Source of the DNA: an uncultured Polyangiales bacterium | Lineage (GTDB): Bacteria > Myxococcota_A > Polyangia > Polyangiales > CAZAQV01 | Reading direction: 5' to 3' | NCBI GenBank assembly: GCA_964487255.1 | Contig: CAZAQV010000003.1 | Span: forward strand, 92,266 to 156,265 | DNA length: 64,000 bases | Shown: piece after piece, positions 11,301 to 19,389 of the stretch | How positions within the stretch are numbered: the first letter of the stretch is position 1 | How the letters are laid out: each line of letters opens with the position of its first letter | Program-made: the position numbers and the translations under genes | The notes under the pieces: generated by a model | Told to the model about the DNA's origin: nothing | The model's database searches: none | What the model saw: only the letters and a program-made list of their open reading frames with translations

Positions 11301-11912
11301 ATGAGCGACGCCACCGACATCCTCAAGAGCATCGTCCGCAGCACCGCGGGGGACTTCCTGAGCCGCATTCGCAACACGGGACTGTCCAAAGCGATTGGAC
11401 AAGCGATTGGCGACATCCGCGCACAGCGCTCTCGCATCAGTGCCAAAGAACTCAGCGCAGCTTGCGCTGACATCCGAGGCGTCAAGAGCATCACCATCGG
11501 CTTTGTGGGTGGCAAGCTCGACGTCTATGTCGAACGCGATGGCAGCGACATCGGCTTCCAGCTTGAGCCTGGGCCGATTCGCTTCGCCCCGCGCGGCGCG
11601 AAAGAAGTGTCCTTTTTTGTCCACCCCGCCGAAGCGAGCACCGGGCCGCTCACTTCGGATATCGTAGGGCGAATCGCTGGAGAGGTGGCTGCACGCCTGT
11701 GGAGTTTCTCTCCGAACCCGATCGGCGGAGCCGCTATCGCTGACCGCGACGGCCGCCGGCTCAGTCTCGACCTTCGCGACACGCCGGTTGGACGGGGGCT
11801 ACGCGGCTCTCCGATGGAGATCTTGCTCGAGGCCATCGAGCTTCGTAGCCTCCGCGTTGAAGACGACGCGCTCGTCATCCAAATTGGCCTTCCGCGCCCC
11901 CTCGGGGTTTAG
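11301..11912 (+). CDS. Hypothetical protein
   Basis: 203-aa ORF with an ATG start and codon bias like its neighbours. No motif recognised. Confidence 0.45.
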   Translation: MSDATDILKSIVRSTAGDFLSRIRNTGLSKAIGQAIGDIRAQRSRISAKELSAACADIRGVKSITIGFVGGKLDVYVERDGSDIGFQLEPGPIRFAPRGAKEVSFFVHPAEASTGPLTSDIVGRIAGEVAARLWSFSPNPIGGAAIADRDGRRLSLDLRDTPVGRGLRGSPMEILLEAIELRSLRVEDDALVIQIGLPRPLGV

Positions 11913-11948
11913 AGGGTCGTCTCGCCGCCGAGGTGTTAGTGTGCTGAC

Positions 11949-12539
11949 ATGGGACAGACAAAGTCTCCAAACACTCGCATTCACGACGCCCGGCTCACGC
12001 CCGCGGAGCGCACCCAATCCATTGGCCAACGCGGCGTCGTTTTCTGGCTCACGGGTCTTTCCGGGTCGGGCAAGAGCACCATCGCATATGCCGCGGAGGA
12101 GCGCCTGGTGCGTGACGGCAAGGTCGCGTTCGTCCTGGACGGCGACAACCTTCGACACGGTCTATGCGGTGACCTTGGCTTTTCAGAAGCAGACCGCAAA
12201 GAAAACATGCGCCGCGTGGCTGAGGTCGCGAGACTCTTCGCAGACGCCAACGTAATTACGCTCGTGTCACTCGTTTCGCCCTACGCTACGGACCGAGAAC
12301 AAGCCAAATACACCATTGGCGCGGAACGTTTTTATGAGGTCCACGTCGCGACACCGCTCGAGGTATGTGAAGCACGCGACCCGAAAGGGCTTTACCAAAA
12401 AGCGCGCAGTGGAAAGCTCACAGGGATGACGGGAGTCGACGCCCCCTTCGAAACGCCGACCGAGCCGGCGTTGCGTTTGACACCGGCAGCGCTCGACGAG
12501 CAGGTGAGTGCCTTGCTCGCCCTACTTTCGGCATCTTAG
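11949..12539 (+). CDS. cysC: Adenylyl-sulfate (APS) kinase
   Basis: It has the P-loop GLSGSGKST and the LDGDNLRHGL and SPY...R blocks characteristic of CysC. Length is 196 aa. Confidence 0.9.
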   Translation: MGQTKSPNTRIHDARLTPAERTQSIGQRGVVFWLTGLSGSGKSTIAYAAEERLVRDGKVAFVLDGDNLRHGLCGDLGFSEADRKENMRRVAEVARLFADANVITLVSLVSPYATDREQAKYTIGAERFYEVHVATPLEVCEARDPKGLYQKARSGKLTGMTGVDAPFETPTEPALRLTPAALDEQVSALLALLSAS

Positions 12540-13561
12540 GGCGTCGCTTTACCCAAGATGTACTTGTCCACGTTGTGATCGTGCTCGACGAGGCTCTTGG
12601 CGAAGGCGTGACTGCCATCCCCTTTGGCCACGAAAAAGAAGTATTCGTGCTTCTCCGGAGCCCGCGCGGCCTCGATGGCCGCGAGTCCCGGATTCGAGAT
12701 AGGTCCTGGCGGAAGTCCCTCGTGCCGGTAGGTGTTGTAGGGGTTCGATGCGTCTCGCAGCATCGCCTTTGTAATACGCCGTCCGTCGAAGGCACGGCAG
12801 CTGAGCAAAGTCGGCTTGATGGAACACCCGTACGAAACCGTTGGGTCGGCTTGCAACCGCTTGGGTGTAAACGTAGGGTCGTCGAGGCGGTTCTGAAACA
12901 CACCGGCCACCGTGGCTCTTTCAGAAGGTTTCTGCGCTTCTTCTTCGACGAGGGAGGCCATCGTGAGCAGCGCGTTGACGTCCTCGACGCCTTCGATGTT
13001 CGGCCCAACCTTCCGCCAGAAGTTGCTCACCAGCCGTTCTACGACAGCCTCCGGCTCCGAGGGCGTACGCAACGCGTATGTATCTGGAAACAAATACCCC
13101 TCCGCCGACGACGCATCGATCCCTAACTTGCGTAATAGGTCGGCGTCTTCGGTAGCGGCGATAAATTCACGAGCCGAGCAAACACGTTTTTCTTGTAGAA
13201 GCTCGGCGACCTCGAAACGATTGAGCCCTTCGCGAACCAAGACACGATGCTGCTTTTCACCATACCCTTTCGCCAAGATCCGTAGCACATGAAACGGCGT
13301 CGTCTTCGCGGGGACGACTACCTCATGATCACGAAGCCGTGAAGAGGCTCCCATCAAGCGCAGATACAACCCAAACAATTCTGGGTGCTCAACCACGCCT
13401 TGATCGTGCAACTCGGCTACGAGTGCCCCGAGCTCATATTGATTCGGCGTTCCGGTCCAGCGTGCCCCCCCCGACGCTTCCGAGTTGGCGTAGACGAGGA
13501 TCAAAAAACCGATCGCACCCAGGACGAGAGCAAGGAACAGAAACGCAAACACTCGCTTCAT
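12536..13561 (-). CDS. mltG: Endolytic murein transglycosylase MltG (YceG-like)
   Basis: There is an N-terminal TM helix, and the YceG signature region NPYNTYRHEGLPPGPISNPG is present. It shows a 4-nt overlap with upstream ruvX. Confidence 0.9.
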   Translation of the reverse strand: MKRVFAFLFLALVLGAIGFLILVYANSEASGGARWTGTPNQYELGALVAELHDQGVVEHPELFGLYLRLMGASSRLRDHEVVVPAKTTPFHVLRILAKGYGEKQHRVLVREGLNRFEVAELLQEKRVCSAREFIAATEDADLLRKLGIDASSAEGYLFPDTYALRTPSEPEAVVERLVSNFWRKVGPNIEGVEDVNALLTMASLVEEEAQKPSERATVAGVFQNRLDDPTFTPKRLQADPTVSYGCSIKPTLLSCRAFDGRRITKAMLRDASNPYNTYRHEGLPPGPISNPGLAAIEAARAPEKHEYFFFVAKGDGSHAFAKSLVEHDHNVDKYILGKATP

Positions 13562-13983
13562 TCAGCCTCCGAAACACTGCCGCGAGATTCGAGAAAGATC
13601 TGAAGAACCCACGCAGCAGCCGCTGCGTCCACCTCCTCGCCTCTACGCTTCCCTCGGCCTCCAGTTTTGGAAACAGCTTGCGTCGAAAATCGTTCATCAC
13701 AGAAGTGCAAAGGAATGTCAGGCAACGCCTTTTCAAGCAGTCGTGCAAAGCGCCGAACTCGCAACGAGGCCGCGCCCTCGTCTCCACTCAGCGAAAGAGG
13801 CAACCCAAGGACAACCCCAACGACATCATGCTCACGCGCCAGGCTCGCAAGTGCGTCTGCCCGCGCCTGCGGCGCGCCGGTCACGACACCATGCGGACTC
13901 GGTACTTTGACATCGTCGTCAGCAAACGCGACCCCCGTTCGCACGGTGCCAAAATCGAGGCCCATCCAGCACGCCATAGCCAC
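13558..13983 (-). CDS. ruvX: Holliday-junction resolvase-like nuclease RuvX/YqgF
   Basis: The N-terminal MGLDFGTVRTGVA motif and the DERFST block are typical of YqgF-family proteins. Confidence 0.85.
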   Translation of the reverse strand: MAMACWMGLDFGTVRTGVAFADDDVKVPSPHGVVTGAPQARADALASLAREHDVVGVVLGLPLSLSGDEGAASLRVRRFARLLEKALPDIPLHFCDERFSTQAVSKTGGRGKRRGEEVDAAAAAWVLQIFLESRGSVSEAE

Positions 13984-14039
13984 GATACGGTAGCAAATGT
14001 GGGGTTTCCCCGCCCGCCCGAGAGCGCTATGGTCATGCC

Positions 14040-15485
14040 GTGGGTTGGAAGATCAACCGATTACGCGACAAGGCCAGCAATCTCGCACTTGCCGCAAAGC
14101 ACGACAAAGCTGTGGCTGTATACGGCGAGCTGCGCGCGCTTGAGCCCGACGAACCTCGTTGGCCGCACAAGCAAGGCGATCTTCTCCGCCGGCTGGGGCG
14201 GGAGAATGATGCCGTCGAGGCCTACGAGGCAGCCGTCGATGCCTATGCTTCGAAGGGCTTTTTGGCGCGTGCAGCAGCGATGGCAAAGGTGATTCTGACC
14301 ATCGATCCAGACCGTAGTGAAGTCCTCGCGCGCGTGAACCCTACGGCTGCACAAGAGCTCCGCAAAAAGACGGGGAGCGGTCTCTACGACGCCCGCCAGC
14401 TTCTTGAGCAAGCCGCTGCGGCCGACGCTGAGAAGGCTCAAGCAGCGCATGCGCAGCAGGAGGCCGCGAGACAGCCCAGCGAACGCCCCGCGACACCGTC
14501 TGAACCCGCGCCCGCGCGAAAGCGCAAAGACTCCTCCGTGTTTCAGGCGGCGGCTCCCCTCAAGGCAGTGCAAGACGAAGACGACCTCATCGTCTTCGAC
14601 GACGCTGACGTCACAAACCTCACGCTCAGCGATCAAGAACTCAGCGACCCGAATGAACGCGTCACGACGGCCTCCGATGGTCCCGATGCACTGCAGCTGG
14701 CCGCCCTACCGGCCATGCCCCTGTTCGCAGATATCCCACCGGATGCGTTGCGAAGCTTGGTGAGCAACGCAGAACTGGTTGAGGTTGCGGCCGGCACGAC
14801 AATCGTGACCGAAGGCTCTGCTGCTAACGCTCTATACGTACTAACCGAGGGCACGGCCAGGGTCACCTCCCCGAGAGTCGCTCGCCCTATCCTTTTGACC
14901 GAAGGCGAGGTGTTTGGAGAATCCTGCCTCGTCGACAGTGGCGCGCGTCAGGCCAACGTAGTCGCGCACACCGACGTAAGCGCCCTTCGAATTAGGAAAG
15001 ACACCCTGGACGCGCTGTGCACCGCACACCCCCAGCTCCATGATGTGCTGCTCGAACTGCTGACCCGCCGTCTTGTCTCCAACCTGATGACGACATCGCC
15101 GATTTTCTGCGACCTGCCGAAAGAGGTTCAGCGCAAGCTCGCGACCTCATTCGAGATTCGTCGCGCGGATCCGGGAACAGCACTCATCATGCGAAACAAG
15201 CGCGCTGACGGTATGTACTTGCTACTCTCCGGCGCCCTCGAACTCATCGACAGCAACCAAGGGCGCTCCATCGTGCTTAACCCGGGTGCCCTGGTGGGCA
15301 CCTACTCGTTGCTCCGCAAGACCGGCTCCCTCCACGACGTCCTGGTCAAGTCGCCCGCCATTGTATTGCGATTGTCCGCAACACGCTTCCGCATGGCAGT
15401 CATCGAAAGCCAGAACGCTGTGGACCATCTGCGCAGTCTGGCAACCAGCATGCCTGACCAAAACCAACCAACGCTATCGACCTGA
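14040..15485 (+). CDS. TPR plus tandem cyclic-nucleotide-binding-domain protein
   Basis: GTG start. The N-terminus is TPR-like helices. Two cNMP-binding-like modules follow (LFADIPPDALRSL...VFGESCL and IFCDLPKEVQRKL...GALVGTYSLL). Confidence 0.7.
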   Translation: MGWKINRLRDKASNLALAAKHDKAVAVYGELRALEPDEPRWPHKQGDLLRRLGRENDAVEAYEAAVDAYASKGFLARAAAMAKVILTIDPDRSEVLARVNPTAAQELRKKTGSGLYDARQLLEQAAAADAEKAQAAHAQQEAARQPSERPATPSEPAPARKRKDSSVFQAAAPLKAVQDEDDLIVFDDADVTNLTLSDQELSDPNERVTTASDGPDALQLAALPAMPLFADIPPDALRSLVSNAELVEVAAGTTIVTEGSAANALYVLTEGTARVTSPRVARPILLTEGEVFGESCLVDSGARQANVVAHTDVSALRIRKDTLDALCTAHPQLHDVLLELLTRRLVSNLMTTSPIFCDLPKEVQRKLATSFEIRRADPGTALIMRNKRADGMYLLLSGALELIDSNQGRSIVLNPGALVGTYSLLRKTGSLHDVLVKSPAIVLRLSATRFRMAVIESQNAVDHLRSLATSMPDQNQPTLST

Positions 15486-15810
15486 GGGCGACTGGCCTTC
15501 GCGCAAACCCTCGAGTAGTGCCCGAACGTTGAGGCCGATGTCGGGCGTATGATATCCGCCCTCTTGTACCACGCAGGTTGGCAAACGCAGCGCACCAAGC
15601 AGCTCGCCAACACGAAAGAAGTCTTCGGTGGTAGGGTCGGGTTCAATTTCGCCAGCATGAAAGAAGACCGACGGATAAACCGTCCTTCCTTCCTCCAGAA
15701 CGGCGCTCTGCTCGTAGAGCCTGAGCAAGTCGGGTGCGTGTTGCTTCTTGATTTGCTCTAGCGGCTGCGATTTGGGCTCACGGAATGGGGCGTGAAGAAG
15801 CCATGCCTCG
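15474..15810 (-). pseudogene. Orphan C-terminal fragment of a histone-deacetylase / acetoin-utilisation (HDAC) family gene
   Basis: The translation ...SVFFHAGEIEPDPTTEDFFRVGELLGALRLPTCVVQEGGYHTPDIGLNVRALLEGL matches only the last roughly 100 aa of HDAC-family enzymes (the SaGfDa..DP and EGGY blocks). The frame stays open upstream into the addA 3' end with no ATG, GTG or TTG. The N-terminal roughly 200 aa with the catalytic residues is absent. Confidence 0.4.
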
Positions 15811-18800
15811 TTATAGCTCGCTGCCGTGGCAGGTCGAGATCAGTGGGCAATGAAAACTCCGACACACTTCGATGCGCCTACTCGCAAAGCGAGATGCCGC
15901 CATCTGTCGCGCGAAAGAATCCACGATCCCTTCAAAGTCCCGCACGGCCTGTCCGACACTCACGTCGTCGAAAATGGGGTCGCGCGGCTTTCCGTCGACG
16001 AACCACACGCCAGCGCTGACTTCTTTCATGCGCGTGTGGTCGGAGTGGGCGGCGCGATACCCGAGTGCATACGCAGCGAGCTGAAACGCATACGGTAACA
16101 CGGGCGCATTTGTCGCGGGTGAGGTGGCTTTGTAGTCAATGATGTGCGCACTCTTCGGCGTCTCAACCAGCAGGTCGATTTGTCCACGCACCGCAACGGT
16201 TCCGGCTTCGACATGAAAGTTTAGCGTGAAGGGAAGTTCTCGATGAACTGTGACGTCCTTAGCCGCTAGCGAGCGCGCATAGCGAGACTGCAAGAACGCG
16301 CGCATACGGGTCAAGAGATCTTGTTGTGCACCGAACGGCAAACCGCTCGCTTTGACCCGCGCCTTCCACGCTGCCTCCGTCGCCTTGGCATTGGCTGATA
16401 TTGCGCTCCAGTCCGTGTGCTCGAGTAGTGCGTGCAAGAGCGTTCCGCGCTCGCGCGCATCCATCACCGGGGCAATCGAAGGACGGGGCGAAGAGGTTTC
16501 ATCGGAACGAGCCTGCACCAGGGGGTCGTAGAGGTCGCCAAGAAGGGAGCGCGCCCGAAAACGCCTCGGGCAGCGGGCAAACTCTTCAAGCATCGTCACC
16601 GAAACCTCCCAAGCCTGAGAAGGAACATGTTGGCGTACAACCGCCGGGGCGATGCGCCCCTTGAATTCAGGCAAGCGTGCTTCCGGGGGCTCGCCAGGGA
16701 TACCCGCGAGATGGACCTTTTCGGGACTCACGCGTTGGAGCACAGGATCCACCACGGTCACGCGAAGACTCTTTTTCGAGCGACGAAGGCCGCTGAGCAC
16801 CAGGTGGTCACGTGCACGGGTGATCTGCACGTAAAAGAGTCGAGCGGCCTCCGCTTCGATGCGCGCGGAAGCCACGCTGCGCACCTCTGCATAGTGCGCG
16901 CCATCCACCCACTTCCCCGGTCCTCGAACTGAAACCGCCACGCCACCAGGCGCATCACGGTCATAGAGGACCTTTTCGTTCGGAACGGGAATTTGTCGTC
17001 CTAGATCAGCTGCCACGACCACCCGAAACTGAAGACCTTTGGACTGGTGCACCGTCATGATGCGCACCGCATCACTAACCGCGCCAACGACGTCGGCTTC
17101 CGGGTCGAGCTCCCGCTCGGCCCGAGCGCGCAGCTCGCGCAAGAGTCTACGTGGGCTCTCCCCGGCTACCTCGCGCACCAACAGTTCGCTGCAGATTCGG
17201 TCGACGTTTGCCACCCGCTGCTCCCCGGACGGCAGCTGTAGCAGAATCGACCGATACGAAGAGAGCCTGAGCAAGTGCTCCACAGCGTTCATCAGTCCAA
17301 CGCTGTCGATGGTGCGGCGAAAACGAAGCAACTCGGACATCCACTGTGCCCGCTCTGCCCCGAGCACCGCATCCCATGGAGTCTGCTCCGGAGGTTGGCG
17401 GAACACCTGCGGTCGCTCTCGTGCCAACGCATGCAACTCAGCGGTACTCAGCTGCAGCATCGGACCACGCAACACCGCGAGCAACCCGCGGCCGTCATCG
17501 AGGTCGAGCAATAGCGCTGCGAGACTCATCAGGTCGCGCGCTTCGGTCGTCGTGAGCAGGCCCCGACCCTTGAGAACCCGGTAGGGGACACGTAGCTTGT
17601 CAAATGCGCGCGTGAAGTCACCGAGCTTGGTAAAACGGGGTAACAAGAGCGCGATATCGCCGTAGCCCGCAATGCGACGCGCTCCCCCATCGTCGATTTC
17701 GACACTCCCCGTACGGACCACCGAAGCGATGTGGCGGGCCACCGACAATGGCTCTTGATCGACGCTACGCACATCGGGCACCGGTTCGATCAACGTTACG
17801 CTTGGCCCCGTGCCGAACGACTTCCGCGCGGGCTCAAGCGCCTCTTTCTCAGCATCGAAATGCATCTCGAACGGCAGCGAGGGGCGGCTTTCTTGTTCCT
17901 CTTCCCCTCGGACTGAAAGGGCTGCCTTGCTGAGTTCGTTGACGACCTCCAGCAGGTTGGCGTGCGTGCGGTAGCTCCGGCGAAGCACATGCTCTCGGGC
18001 GCCGCTTTGCATCAAACGCTGGGCCAGACCCTCGTAAACGGCGATGTCCGCCCCGCGGAAACCGTAGATCGATTGTTTTCGGTCACCCACAACGACAAGC
18101 CCCCCGCGGCGCGACCCATGCAAGGCAAGCACCAAGTCGCGTTGCACCCTGTTCGTATCTTGGAACTCGTCGACCATAATGGCTTGCAGTTGGTTCGCGA
18201 GATGATCGCGCGCGGGACGATGCTTTGTCAGCAGCTCACGCGTCAAAAGCAGCAGGTCGGAGAAGTCGAGTGCGGCGCGCTGGGCCTTGGCCTCGCGATA
18301 TTCCGCGAGCGCCGCGTCAAGCAGTTTGCGCACCACATCGCGTCGCTTCTGCCGCGCATCTTGGGCCCAGCCATCGATGACTTGCTCGCGCACCCGCTTG
18401 GCACCCAGCTCCTCAGAGACTTTCCCGCTGCCGCAGGCCGCGGCCAGCGCGAAGGCAACGTCCACGAGCAGCGCCGAGTCGAGGTGCTTCGCCCGCGGAT
18501 GCTCCGCCCAATCACTCGCCAGTTGTGCGACCTTTGCGTAAACCTTCTTTGAGCTTGCGTGGGGCACGTCCGCCTCAGCGAGTGCTCGATGCTCCCGTAT
18601 CAGTCGTCTCCACAGAAGCGGCACGGCCTCGACCGTCAGCATTCTGGTTTCCGTCGCGCTGTCGGGCGCCGCCCACATGGTCAGAGGCGCACCACCCTGC
18701 TCAAGGATTTCTAGCAGAATCGGTTCGAGCACCCCGATCAGTGAGAAGTCACCTTCGACGTTACGAAAATCGTCCAGCAAATCAGCAACCACCAGGTCGC

Positions 18801-19389
18801 TGGCAACGCACTTGCGAAGCGCGACGACGATGGCGTCGTGACGGATCTGTTCGGCCTCGAACTCGGTGAGCACGTCAAAGTCAGCTCGCAGCCCCAGAGC
18901 GTCCGCGTAGAGCCGGAGCCAGCCCGCACACACCGAGTGAAACGTACCAAGCGGAGCGTCGTTGAGTTCGCGAGCGCCGAGGCGCACGTGTTCCAGGTCG
19001 AGCGACCCCACCTCGCTGCGCTCGCATACGAGCCTGGCGATCCTTGTTTCACACTGCGCGGCATCGCCCCCGGACGCCACCAGGTCGAAAAGTGCGTGGC
19101 GGATGCGGGAACGCATCTCCTCAGCGGCCTTCTCTGTAAACGTTGTCGCCAAGATCTGACTCGGGCGAATCGGCGAACCGCCCACACCCGCTATCCAATG
19201 CACGTAAAGTTCGGTGAGTGCTTCGGTCTTGCCGGTGCCAGCACTCGCCCGAATGACCAGGTCTCGATCGCGTTGAATCCAGGTGGGCACCGAATGATGT
19301 GGCGCAGATAAGCTTGGCTTGGACTTCGGTTCGGCTTCGGGTTCTAGAACAGCTTGAAAGAGGTCCAGTTGGCGGGTGTCAGCCATCAT
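15811..19389 (-). CDS. addA: UvrD/PcrA-type helicase with C-terminal RecB-family nuclease (AddA/AdnB-like)
   Basis: It has a Walker A motif (ASAGTGKTEAL), a DExx motif (IMVDEFQDTN), helicase motifs, and a C-terminal PD-(D/E)XK block (GQIDLLVE...IIDYKAT). The ATG at 19389 overlaps the addB TGA (ATGA). Confidence 0.85.
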   Translation of the reverse strand: MMADTRQLDLFQAVLEPEAEPKSKPSLSAPHHSVPTWIQRDRDLVIRASAGTGKTEALTELYVHWIAGVGGSPIRPSQILATTFTEKAAEEMRSRIRHALFDLVASGGDAAQCETRIARLVCERSEVGSLDLEHVRLGARELNDAPLGTFHSVCAGWLRLYADALGLRADFDVLTEFEAEQIRHDAIVVALRKCVASDLVVADLLDDFRNVEGDFSLIGVLEPILLEILEQGGAPLTMWAAPDSATETRMLTVEAVPLLWRRLIREHRALAEADVPHASSKKVYAKVAQLASDWAEHPRAKHLDSALLVDVAFALAAACGSGKVSEELGAKRVREQVIDGWAQDARQKRRDVVRKLLDAALAEYREAKAQRAALDFSDLLLLTRELLTKHRPARDHLANQLQAIMVDEFQDTNRVQRDLVLALHGSRRGGLVVVGDRKQSIYGFRGADIAVYEGLAQRLMQSGAREHVLRRSYRTHANLLEVVNELSKAALSVRGEEEQESRPSLPFEMHFDAEKEALEPARKSFGTGPSVTLIEPVPDVRSVDQEPLSVARHIASVVRTGSVEIDDGGARRIAGYGDIALLLPRFTKLGDFTRAFDKLRVPYRVLKGRGLLTTTEARDLMSLAALLLDLDDGRGLLAVLRGPMLQLSTAELHALARERPQVFRQPPEQTPWDAVLGAERAQWMSELLRFRRTIDSVGLMNAVEHLLRLSSYRSILLQLPSGEQRVANVDRICSELLVREVAGESPRRLLRELRARAERELDPEADVVGAVSDAVRIMTVHQSKGLQFRVVVAADLGRQIPVPNEKVLYDRDAPGGVAVSVRGPGKWVDGAHYAEVRSVASARIEAEAARLFYVQITRARDHLVLSGLRRSKKSLRVTVVDPVLQRVSPEKVHLAGIPGEPPEARLPEFKGRIAPAVVRQHVPSQAWEVSVTMLEEFARCPRRFRARSLLGDLYDPLVQARSDETSSPRPSIAPVMDARERGTLLHALLEHTDWSAISANAKATEAAWKARVKASGLPFGAQQDLLTRMRAFLQSRYARSLAAKDVTVHRELPFTLNFHVEAGTVAVRGQIDLLVETPKSAHIIDYKATSPATNAPVLPYAFQLAAYALGYRAAHSDHTRMKEVSAGVWFVDGKPRDPIFDDVSVGQAVRDFEGIVDSFARQMAASRFASRRIEVCRSFHCPLISTCHGSEL

